A stretch of DNA of 34,379 nucleotides from a virus (lineage: Duplodnaviria > Caudoviricetes), in the IMG/VR virus record IMGVR_UViG_3300006879_000010, positions 1-34,379 of that record; one strand, written 5' to 3'. The notes below the pieces were generated by a model. That model did not search any database. It was not told where the DNA came from and worked only from the letters and a program-made list of their open reading frames with translations. Positions within the stretch are counted from its first letter, which is position 1; each line of letters starts with the position of its first letter. The position numbers and the translations under genes were made by a program. Below are positions 8,227 through 16,458 of this stretch, in pieces.

Positions 8227-8535
8227 ATGGTAAGCATTGAAGAATTGAGAGAACAACTAATGAGCAGGATTGATACAAGCAGTTTAATAGAGGTTGAAAA
8301 AGTTGAACGGTATATAGATCATGTGGAATCATATCGTCGGATGGAAAAAACAATAATTGAAGAAGGCGAATCCGTAACAACAGTTAACGCTTCACAAACT
8401 TTTGTAAAGGCTCACCCTCTGTTAACCGAAAAAAACAAAGTGAATGCAGCAATACTTAATATCGAGCGCACATTCAATTTTATGGGTGGCAGCGAAGATA
8501 ACAAACCAAAGTATACAGCAGAAGATTTGATGTAA
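8227..8535 (+). CDS. terS: Terminase small subunit, P27 family
   Basis: EKVERY...I.EEG......N.SQ.F.KAHP motif; abuts TerL. Confidence 0.88.
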   Translation: MVSIEELREQLMSRIDTSSLIEVEKVERYIDHVESYRRMEKTIIEEGESVTTVNASQTFVKAHPLLTEKNKVNAAILNIERTFNFMGGSEDNKPKYTAEDLM

Positions 8536-10176
8536 ATGAAAATAAATAAGCACGTCAATTATTATATGAACCAATACGAAACTGGCAAAATAAAAGTCAG
8601 TAAGTATTTGGTTCTTTTGTTTTCTTATTTGAAAAAACATGTTTTAAATCGTGACGACATTTACTTTGATGAAGTTACGCACGAAAAATATATCGCATTC
8701 ACAGAAAAAAATTACTTTGAATTGATGCCGTTCCAGAAATTCATAACAGCTTTTGTTTTCTTTTATTATAAAGAAGGTAATTATCCGTTTTTTGAACAGT
8801 TCTTTTTATACAAGGCTCGTGGAGCGGGTAAGAATGGTTTAATATCATCGCTAACAAACTTCTTTATTAGCGATCTCCACGGGATTGATAACTACAACGT
8901 ATCCATCGTTGCGAATAGCGAGGAACAGGCTAAGACGTCATTTAATGAGATATTTGATGTCATTGAACAAGATGGTAAGGGTGGGGCTTTACAAACAAAC
9001 TTCCATCATAAGAAGGCGGAAATTAAAAGCAGGACAAACGGCAGTGTTCTTAAGTATCATACATCAAACGCTAAAACGAAGGACTCACTCCGGGATGGTT
9101 GTGTTATTTATGATGAAGTACATGAATATGATGATTCGGCTATAGTTGATGTTTTTTCCTCCGGTCTAGGTAAAGTAAAACATTCACGCGAATTCTTTAT
9201 CACGACAGATGGATTTATTCGTGGTGGTTATCTTGATGACCTCAAAGAGCGCGCAATGCGTGTTTTGGAAGGCGAGTCTCCAAATGATCCGTTATTCGTA
9301 TTCATGGCTACCCTTGATGATGATGAGGAAATGGATGATCCTTCTAATTGGCAAAAGGCTAATCCGATGTTTCATGAACCAATGAACGAATATGGTAAAG
9401 AGTTATTTAGGAAAGTAAGAACACAATATATTTCACTAGGTAACTCCAAACCGTCTGCCAGAATTAGGTTCATGACCAAACGCATGAATCGACCAGCGAC
9501 TGATTTAGAAACGTCCGTTGCTACGTGGGAAGAAATTGAGGAAACAAGCCGTAAAATGGTTGATTTAAAACACAAAAGTTGCGTTGGTGGTTTAGACTTT
9601 GCGTCCGTCCGTGACTTTGTAGCGGTTGGATTGTTATTTAAAGATGGAGATGACTATATTTGGAAAAGCCATTCGTTTGTTAATAGGAACTTCTTGAATC
9701 GTGTGGAATTAAAAGCACCTATTGAAGATTGGGAAGCAGAGGGGCACTTAACAATAGTAAATGAACCCGTTATAAACATAAAACACGTTGTTAATTGGTT
9801 TGTTAAAATGCGTGAAATTTACGGACTTACAACCATAGTGGCAGATACATTCAGATTAGATTTAGTAAAAACAGCATTAGAGGCAGAAGGCTTTGAAATT
9901 ATGTATGTGAGAACAAAGGGTATTGAAGCTTTGCTTGCTCCGAGGGTAGAAACGATATTCGCTGAAAGGCGTGTTGTTTATGGAAATAATCCATTAATGA
10001 GATGGTACACCAATAACGTTAAAGTTATTACTGATGCCAAGGGTAATAGGACGTACGGGAAGAAAGATGAAGTGAGAAGGAAGACAGATGGATTCCAAGC
10101 CTTCATACACGCTTTGTATCGTGATGATCTGATAGAGGAGGAAATGGACTTCATGCTTGCTGATATTAATTTTTAG
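8536..10176 (+). CDS. terL: Terminase large subunit
   Basis: Walker A ARGAGKN, Walker B IYDEVH, W.KANP, nuclease GGLDFAS..D and KTDG. Confidence 0.96.
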   Translation: MKINKHVNYYMNQYETGKIKVSKYLVLLFSYLKKHVLNRDDIYFDEVTHEKYIAFTEKNYFELMPFQKFITAFVFFYYKEGNYPFFEQFFLYKARGAGKNGLISSLTNFFISDLHGIDNYNVSIVANSEEQAKTSFNEIFDVIEQDGKGGALQTNFHHKKAEIKSRTNGSVLKYHTSNAKTKDSLRDGCVIYDEVHEYDDSAIVDVFSSGLGKVKHSREFFITTDGFIRGGYLDDLKERAMRVLEGESPNDPLFVFMATLDDDEEMDDPSNWQKANPMFHEPMNEYGKELFRKVRTQYISLGNSKPSARIRFMTKRMNRPATDLETSVATWEEIEETSRKMVDLKHKSCVGGLDFASVRDFVAVGLLFKDGDDYIWKSHSFVNRNFLNRVELKAPIEDWEAEGHLTIVNEPVINIKHVVNWFVKMREIYGLTTIVADTFRLDLVKTALEAEGFEIMYVRTKGIEALLAPRVETIFAERRVVYGNNPLMRWYTNNVKVITDAKGNRTYGKKDEVRRKTDGFQAFIHALYRDDLIEEEMDFMLADINF

Positions 10177-10190
10177 GGAGGTGATGATAT

Positions 10191-11315
10191 TTGGGATTTT
10201 TGAAGAATCCGTTCAGTAGAAATAAAGAAATCATAATCGTTGATGATACCGACCTGTATGATGAATCGACTAGTACGGTGTCAAAAAGATTAGCAATTGA
10301 ATCCGTCATCGGCTTTATTGCCAGGATAATTATCCAGTCTGAATTTCGTATTAAGAAAAATAAAAAATACGTCAAAGATATTACTTATTATAAATTCAAT
10401 GTAAAACCTAACAAAAATCAAACCGCTGCAAAGTTTTGGCACGACATTGTCCACAAAGTTATTTATGACGGTGAGTGCTTGGTCATCAAGAGTCGCACAG
10501 ATGATTTATTGATAGCAGAAGATTACAACCGTAAAGAATTCGCTGTAAAGGAGGATGTGTTTTCAAACGTTTATGTTAAAGGACTAATGATGTCTGGAAC
10601 ATTTACTAGAAGCGAAGTCATGTTTTTTGAATATGGAAATGAACAACTATCGAAATTAGTCGATAGTCTTTTTTATGACTACGGGGAATTGATTTCCCGT
10701 ATGTTCGAAACGCATAAAATGAAGAATCAATTAAGGTCAACTGTTGATGTGGAGTCCAGTTTCTTGAAAACAGAAAAAGGACAAAGGGACTTGCAAAACT
10801 TTATCGACAGGACTTATAAGGCAATCAAAGAAAAAGCAATCGCTATTGTTCCGCAACAAAAAGGAATGGAATACAAGGAACACTCTAAGCAAACCACGAG
10901 CGGGCAAAGCGTCGATGAGATCAACAAGGCAACTGACGGATTTTTAGATCAAGTTTGCCATGCAGTAGGTTTACCGCCGAGTTTATTAAAAGGTGATATG
11001 GCGAACATTGAAAACATGACCAGAAACGGAATGAAGTTTTGCGTAGATCCTATTATAAGGATTATTCATGATGAATTGAATATGCAGTTCGTGGAACAAT
11101 CAGACTATTTAAAAGGTGAAAGGATTCAAATTAAACGAATTTCTTATAGAGATATGTTTGATATAGCGGTCGCTGTTGATAAATTACGCTCGTCCAGTGT
11201 TGCGAACGGTCATGAATTGCGTGATGAAATTGGACTTGAGCACTCGGAAGATCCGATTCACGACAAATATATTAGGACTAAAAACTATGAAGATGCCGAA
11301 GGAGGTGATGAATAA
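10191..11315 (+). CDS. HK97-family portal protein
   Basis: Position after TerL; PN.NQTA..FW, GECL, GLPPSLL motifs; SD GGAGGTG with TTG start. Confidence 0.93.
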   Translation: MGFLKNPFSRNKEIIIVDDTDLYDESTSTVSKRLAIESVIGFIARIIIQSEFRIKKNKKYVKDITYYKFNVKPNKNQTAAKFWHDIVHKVIYDGECLVIKSRTDDLLIAEDYNRKEFAVKEDVFSNVYVKGLMMSGTFTRSEVMFFEYGNEQLSKLVDSLFYDYGELISRMFETHKMKNQLRSTVDVESSFLKTEKGQRDLQNFIDRTYKAIKEKAIAIVPQQKGMEYKEHSKQTTSGQSVDEINKATDGFLDQVCHAVGLPPSLLKGDMANIENMTRNGMKFCVDPIIRIIHDELNMQFVEQSDYLKGERIQIKRISYRDMFDIAVAVDKLRSSSVANGHELRDEIGLEHSEDPIHDKYIRTKNYEDAEGGDE

Positions 11316-12037
11316 TGAAGAAGATAGACATTAAAGGATCAATTGTATCTAATGATGATGCTTGGATCTATGAGCTGTTCGGCATTAGTCATACGTCCCC
11401 AAAATCTGTGGAAGATGCATTAACAGATTTAAAAGATGGTGAGGATGTGACGGTTGAAATTAATTCTGGTGGGGGTTCAGTATTTGCAGGAAGTGAAATT
11501 TACACCAAATTAAGAAAGGTGAATCCTAAAATTGAAATTGTCGGATTAGCAGGTAGCGCGGCTAGCTTTATAGCTATGGCGTCTGATGATGTTTCTATTA
11601 GCCCGGTTGCCTCTGTAATGATACACAGAGCCCAAACAATAGGAATAGGCAATAAGGACGACTTTGATGACACAAGTGATTTTCTTGATTCTATAGATAA
11701 AAACATTGCATATGCATATGAGTTGAAAACAGGATTGACGCAAAGTGAATTGCTTTCTATGATGTCAAAAGAAACTTGGTTAAATGCACAAACGGCGGTA
11801 GAGAAAGGATTTGCCGACAGCGTCATGTTTGAGACAAAAGATGCGGTTGCAAGCACAGGCGTTGTGTTGCCACAGCAGGTAATTGATAAGATCCGCACAG
11901 ATGGACTCAAGCAACCAAACGCATTAACTGTTGATGATGTCAAAGATGTTATGGAAGATATGAAACAAGAAATCATCAATGAATTAAAAAATGATAAAGA
12001 AGAAAACAAACCAGTTGAAAACAGCTGGTTATTTTAA
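11315..12037 (+). CDS. ClpP-like head maturation protease
   Basis: INSGGGSVF.G, GLAGSAASFIAMA, MIHR, ETWL.A..AVEKGFAD. Confidence 0.95.
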   Translation: MKKIDIKGSIVSNDDAWIYELFGISHTSPKSVEDALTDLKDGEDVTVEINSGGGSVFAGSEIYTKLRKVNPKIEIVGLAGSAASFIAMASDDVSISPVASVMIHRAQTIGIGNKDDFDDTSDFLDSIDKNIAYAYELKTGLTQSELLSMMSKETWLNAQTAVEKGFADSVMFETKDAVASTGVVLPQQVIDKIRTDGLKQPNALTVDDVKDVMEDMKQEIINELKNDKEENKPVENSWLF

Positions 12038-12056
12038 TTTTAGGAGGAATAAATAA

Positions 12057-13232
12057 ATGAAATTTACAGATGTATTAGAAGCTAAAAACAATTTCGCTGA
12101 GGTGTCTCAAAGCGCAGAAGCCACAGCAGAAGAAAAGACGCAAGCACTTGCCGATTACATGGAAGCGGTGCAGAAAGATGCCGAGAATCGCATTTTAGAA
12201 GAAGCGCAAACATTCGCGAGTGATAACAATGTTCTGCAATCACGGGGTCAGAATGTACTAACATCGGAAGAACGGAAATTCTTTAATGCAGTTATTGAAG
12301 AGGGTGGATTTACAGATCACGATATTTTGCCAAAAACAACACAAGAACGAGTGTTTGAAGATGTTGTACAAGAGCATCCGTTATTACAAGCTATCGGTAT
12401 TCAAAATCTAGGAGCTGTTACTGAATTTATTTTCAGTGATCCGGAATTTGCATACGCATGGGGTCCTTTATTTGGTAAGATTGATGGACAACTAAATGCC
12501 GCATTTAGAAAAGAAAAAATTGAACAACTCAAATTAACAGCATTTATCGCAATTGCTAAAGACATGTTGAAACTTGGACCAGCATGGGTAGAACGTTATG
12601 TTCGTACGATCATTGCGGAAGCTATGAAAATAGGTTTGGAATATGGTTATGTTGCTGGTCGTGGTCCAAACCAAAACGAACCTATTGGACTGCTAAAAGA
12701 AGTGGATTCCGAATCTGGCGCAGTATCTGATAAGAAATCAGTAGGAGAACTTACTTTCAAGCCTGGTCGCATTACTATTAATGAATTAAAAGGTGTGGTT
12801 AAGAAGCTAGCAGAAAAGCTTGATAAAGACGGCAGTGTAAGCGAAAAACCACGGAAGGTAGAAAATAGAATTGTCATGGTTACGAATCCATTTGACACTT
12901 TTGACATTAAGGCAAATGCAACAGTCCAAAACTCAAATGGTGCTTATGTAACTAATTTGCCGTTTAACCCTACACAAACAGAATCTTCTTTTGTACCACA
13001 GGGGAAAGTGGCTTTCTTTGTCCGTGGCGAATATATTGCGGCTGTTGGTGGTGCGATGGATGTTCAACGTTATAAAGAAACATTAGCAATGGAAGATGCA
13101 GATCTATATATCGCAAAGCAATTTGCGACTGGTAAGCCAAGAGATAATAATGCTGCACAAGTTTATGACTTGAATGTAGATATTTCCGATGACGGTAATG
13201 TTGAAGACGGAAGTGCTCCGGAAGGCGCATAA
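12057..13232 (+). CDS. Major capsid protein, HK97 fold
   Basis: Position; N-terminal delta domain; KLTAFIAI..DML.LGP.WVERYVR, G.GP.QNEPIGLL. Confidence 0.95.
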   Translation: MKFTDVLEAKNNFAEVSQSAEATAEEKTQALADYMEAVQKDAENRILEEAQTFASDNNVLQSRGQNVLTSEERKFFNAVIEEGGFTDHDILPKTTQERVFEDVVQEHPLLQAIGIQNLGAVTEFIFSDPEFAYAWGPLFGKIDGQLNAAFRKEKIEQLKLTAFIAIAKDMLKLGPAWVERYVRTIIAEAMKIGLEYGYVAGRGPNQNEPIGLLKEVDSESGAVSDKKSVGELTFKPGRITINELKGVVKKLAEKLDKDGSVSEKPRKVENRIVMVTNPFDTFDIKANATVQNSNGAYVTNLPFNPTQTESSFVPQGKVAFFVRGEYIAAVGGAMDVQRYKETLAMEDADLYIAKQFATGKPRDNNAAQVYDLNVDISDDGNVEDGSAPEGA

Positions 13233-13247
13233 TCGGAGGTGGGCTGA

Positions 13248-13541
13248 TTGGTTACACAAACGATTGTAGAAGAATTCAAAGGCAGGATGCACATAACTCA
13301 CAGTGGAGAGGACGACAATTTGAAACGATTGTTGTCCTTTTCTGTTGCTTATATAAAAAGCAAGTGCGGTGACTTCGATATTGAAGGTAACTCTGAAAAT
13401 GATTTGGCAGCAACTGAATTAGTATTAGAAAGAACTAGGTATTCTTACAATGACGCAGTCGAATACTTTGAGGACAATTTCTTGAGTGAAATATTTTCCC
13501 TTGGAATTGAAATGGCGGGTGATGAAAATGCGGAAGTTTGA
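13248..13541 (+). CDS. Head-tail connector (gp6-like)
   Basis: FK.RMHI.H..EDDNLKRLL, ELVLER.RY.YND..EYF. Confidence 0.85.
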   Translation: MVTQTIVEEFKGRMHITHSGEDDNLKRLLSFSVAYIKSKCGDFDIEGNSENDLAATELVLERTRYSYNDAVEYFEDNFLSEIFSLGIEMAGDENAEV

Positions 13542-13896
13542 ATATAAGTCACCACGCGTTCACAGTGGAGAATTACGCACACCTGTCATCTTTTATGAAT
13601 ATGCACCAAATGATGGACCCGAACCAGGAGAATCAGAAAAAAAGGTACTGTTTAAATCTTGGGCCAAGATAGATGAAATGTGGTTAAAGGATATGGAACT
13701 TGCTAAGTCACAAGGTACGGAATCTGATGTAACTATCATCATCCGCGATCCGTTAGATGATTATATTCCATCTAATAAACACTATATATCTATTGACGAT
13801 AGAATGTATCGAAATTGCCGTTACAACATCAAGCATGTACAACCCGATGTGCAGGATCGTAATTTCATTAATGTGGTTGCGGGGTTGTCGAAATGA
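13528..13896 (+). CDS. Head closure / head-tail adaptor
   Basis: GELRTPV.FY...GPEPG; YNIK.V.PD; position. Confidence 0.8.
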   Translation: MRKFEYKSPRVHSGELRTPVIFYEYAPNDGPEPGESEKKVLFKSWAKIDEMWLKDMELAKSQGTESDVTIIIRDPLDDYIPSNKHYISIDDRMYRNCRYNIKHVQPDVQDRNFINVVAGLSK

Positions 13897-14297
13897 GTGT
13901 AAAAGTTACAGGGGAAAAGCAGCTACTTGCTGAATTGGAAAAGCGTTTCGGTAAGGCTAAGATGCAACAGGTTACTGATAAGGCGCTAGACCGTGGCGCG
14001 GATGTGTTTATCAAAGAATTAAAAAGCCAAATTAAATCCGTCAAAGACAAGGGATATTCTAAAGGATATACGGCAGAAGAAATATATAAGTCTGAACCAA
14101 TGACAATGGCTGGTGTCCGCACCATTAAAATACATTGGAACGGACCGCATGGCCGTTATCGCATCATTCATTTAAACGAATTTGGAACTGTTAAGAATCC
14201 TAATCCACCACTAAAAGGTGCAATCGCCCGAGCGATGCGTAACGCCGAATCCGCGTACCGTGAAGCTATTAAAAAGGCTATACAGGAGGGCGTCTGA
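13893..14297 (+). CDS. HK97 gp10-like tail completion protein
   Basis: MSVKVTG, RYRIIHLNEFG; position. Confidence 0.8.
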   Translation: MSVKVTGEKQLLAELEKRFGKAKMQQVTDKALDRGADVFIKELKSQIKSVKDKGYSKGYTAEEIYKSEPMTMAGVRTIKIHWNGPHGRYRIIHLNEFGTVKNPNPPLKGAIARAMRNAESAYREAIKKAIQEGV

Positions 14298-14677
14298 TGC
14301 TAGAAAAAATATATGATGCGCTGGTTTCTGATGATTACATCAAAGAACAGGCAATGGGTAGAATCAAATACTACGAGTATCCGGCAACTGGCGATGTTAA
14401 AAAACCGTATATAATAATTGATCCATTAGATGTTCCTTTGCCTAGTGATTATGCGGACGATACCTGGTTAACAGATGATTATATGTATCAGATTGAAGTG
14501 TGGTCGAAAGACAGGCGTACAACGAATAAAATTTCTAGCAGAATACGCCACACGTTATGGAATATAGGGTTTAGTCAAGGAACTGGTGTGGACGAATGGG
14601 ACAAAGATGTAAATATATTTCGTGACGCAAGGCGTTACCGAGGAAAAGCATATAGAGATGATTTTGACAGCTTATAG
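14297..14677 (+). CDS. Tail terminator protein
   Basis: RIKYYEYP, PYIIIDP, YQIEVWS, DARRYRG; position before MTP. Confidence 0.78.
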   Translation: MLEKIYDALVSDDYIKEQAMGRIKYYEYPATGDVKKPYIIIDPLDVPLPSDYADDTWLTDDYMYQIEVWSKDRRTTNKISSRIRHTLWNIGFSQGTGVDEWDKDVNIFRDARRYRGKAYRDDFDSL

Positions 14678-14682
14678 GAGGT

Positions 14683-14898
14683 GTGAATATGGGAGTTAGT
14701 ACACAAAAGAAGGTGACTGCCCACGTGGAGTTAATCGATCATGAAAGTGATTGCCGTAACTATAAAGATGGCATTACACGCCTAGGGTGTAGTTTTGAAA
14801 TACAAACAGAACCAGGTAATGAATTATCAGTTCAACAATCATTAGTTAATGATTTTAATGATTTATTAAATAAAAAATATAATGCTGAAAAACAATGA
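14683..14898 (+). CDS. Small inserted hypothetical protein
   Basis: SD AGGAGGTG (start may be ATG 14689); bounded by a 14-bp direct repeat. Confidence 0.65.
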   Translation: MNMGVSTQKKVTAHVELIDHESDCRNYKDGITRLGCSFEIQTEPGNELSVQQSLVNDFNDLLNKKYNAEKQ

Positions 14899-14920
14899 CA
14901 GCTTATAGGCTGTCTTTTTT
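14897..14920 (+). terminator. Rho-independent terminator before MTP
   Basis: GACAGCT-TATA-GGCTGTC-TTTTTT. Confidence 0.75.
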
Positions 14921-14947
14921 AATATCAAAAATTAGGAGTGATTTTGA

Positions 14948-15574
14948 ATGGCTGAAAGCAAAAAGAATTATCGTTCTTTTACCGGATTAAAAGAATTTTA
15001 TTATGGTGAATTGGACGAAGCGACTAATGCGATTGTAGGAAGTGAAGCAGAACGGATTAAATTTATACAAAATATTGCAATTGAAACACCGCAAGAAATT
15101 GTGAAAGCACCTGGCGATAACGTAATTGCGGAAATGGCAATCTCGACAGATGCCACAACGCTAACAACAACTTTTCACACATTGCCTATCGAGGACAAGA
15201 AACGACTATACGGGCTAAAGGATATCAAGGGACTAACTGCTGTAACTGGCAACCCACAACCACCATATGTCGCCTGTATGTTTGCGCGTACTAATGAAAA
15301 GGGTGGTATGGAATGGATCGGATTTACAAAAGGAATGTTTATGATGCCTGGTATCGATGGGCAAACAAAAGAACCTGGTAGTGTCGAATTTGGCACCGCT
15401 GAAACAGAAGGTGAGTTTATGTCTCGTGAAGTTGATGGACTGGACGAAGAAGTAACTTATTTGATCGGATTTGACGAAAAAGGAGAAACAAAACAGCGTG
15501 ATGCATTGTATAAAGCTATCTTTGGAGTAGCACACCCGGATGCAGGAAAAGAAACCGAACCAGAGGGTGCATAA
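14948..15574 (+). CDS. Major tail protein (phi13-like)
   Basis: FTGLKEFYYG, APGDN, PPYVACMF, W.GF.KG.F; position. Confidence 0.9.
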   Translation: MAESKKNYRSFTGLKEFYYGELDEATNAIVGSEAERIKFIQNIAIETPQEIVKAPGDNVIAEMAISTDATTLTTTFHTLPIEDKKRLYGLKDIKGLTAVTGNPQPPYVACMFARTNEKGGMEWIGFTKGMFMMPGIDGQTKEPGSVEFGTAETEGEFMSREVDGLDEEVTYLIGFDEKGETKQRDALYKAIFGVAHPDAGKETEPEGA

Positions 15575-15576
15575 GC

Positions 15577-15846
15577 ATGACTGTAAAACAGATTAAAGAG
15601 GAATTGGATGCACAAGGAATTGGATATGATAGCAAGGCTCGTAAGGATGAATTACTTGCTTTGCTTTATCCCTTAAAATACGTTGTCGTTCATGATTTTA
15701 AAGATTTAAATGATGGTGGCGTGATTTATATAAAAGGCGATCCTTATCCAAGAGAAGAAAATAAGCATGTGTCGCAAGATCGTATTGATGAATTATTATC
15801 AAATAAAAACAAAATTGGAAAGCAATTGATTAGAGAGCAGGAATAG
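15577..15846 (+). CDS. HeH/LEM-like domain protein
   Basis: TVKQIKEELDAQGI.Y.SKARK.ELLALL fused to YVV..DF.D....Y.KGD.YPR..RI.EL...N..G. Confidence 0.7.
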   Translation: MTVKQIKEELDAQGIGYDSKARKDELLALLYPLKYVVVHDFKDLNDGGVIYIKGDPYPREENKHVSQDRIDELLSNKNKIGKQLIREQE

Positions 15847-15861
15847 TCCTGTTCTCTTTTT
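15833..15861 (+). terminator. Rho-independent terminator
   Basis: GAGAGCAGGA-ATAG-TCCTGTTCTC-TTTTT. Confidence 0.75.
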
Positions 15862-15882
15862 ATTTATTAGGAGGAATTATAA

Positions 15883-16245
15883 ATGGCTAATTTAAAAAGA
15901 AATATGATCGAACTTGTGAAAAATCCAGAGGAAGTATTAAAGGGTGGGGAACCGGAATTTGAAAAGTATTGGACACCTGCTTTTATTCCATTCAAAAAAG
16001 TTAGGGAAGGACTTCAGTTATCAAAGGAGTTTGAAAAAGATGACGCATCTGAATTAGAAGCAATGGACAAGTTAGCAGACTTTACAGTTGATGTATACGG
16101 TAAACAATTTACAAAGGATTATCTACTCGATCACTTACACGGTCCAGATGCATTAAGAACCATGCAAGAAAACCTAATGTTCATTTCACAAGGGGCGCAA
16201 AATGACGAGACCAAGGCTTTTCTGAACAACAAGAAAAGAGGTTGA
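15883..16245 (+). CDS. Tail assembly chaperone G
   Basis: Between MTP and TMP; TP.FIPF, YGKQFT.D.L.D.LH.PDA. Confidence 0.82.
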   Translation: MANLKRNMIELVKNPEEVLKGGEPEFEKYWTPAFIPFKKVREGLQLSKEFEKDDASELEAMDKLADFTVDVYGKQFTKDYLLDHLHGPDALRTMQENLMFISQGAQNDETKAFLNNKKRG

Positions 16246-16427
16246 TAGACGAGGATTTCAAGTTCGAAAAACAAGCTGAATACGCAGACAAGTTGGTGGA
16301 TGATCTTATTAAAAATGGTATGCCTATCCAAGAAATTATGAATATGCCATATAATTACTTGCTTCAAATTATGGAAGATAAGCATAAACCAAAAGAATCC
16401 ACCTCTTTCTTTGATTTATTAGGTTAA
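16242..16427 (+). CDS. Tail assembly chaperone T segment (gpGT-like)
   Basis: In the -1 frame relative to G, just before TMP; G..I.EI.NMP motif. Confidence 0.7.
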   Translation: MIDEDFKFEKQAEYADKLVDDLIKNGMPIQEIMNMPYNYLLQIMEDKHKPKESTSFFDLLG

Positions 16428-16458
16428 TGATATTTTTCGGGGAGAAAGGAGGTAAATA

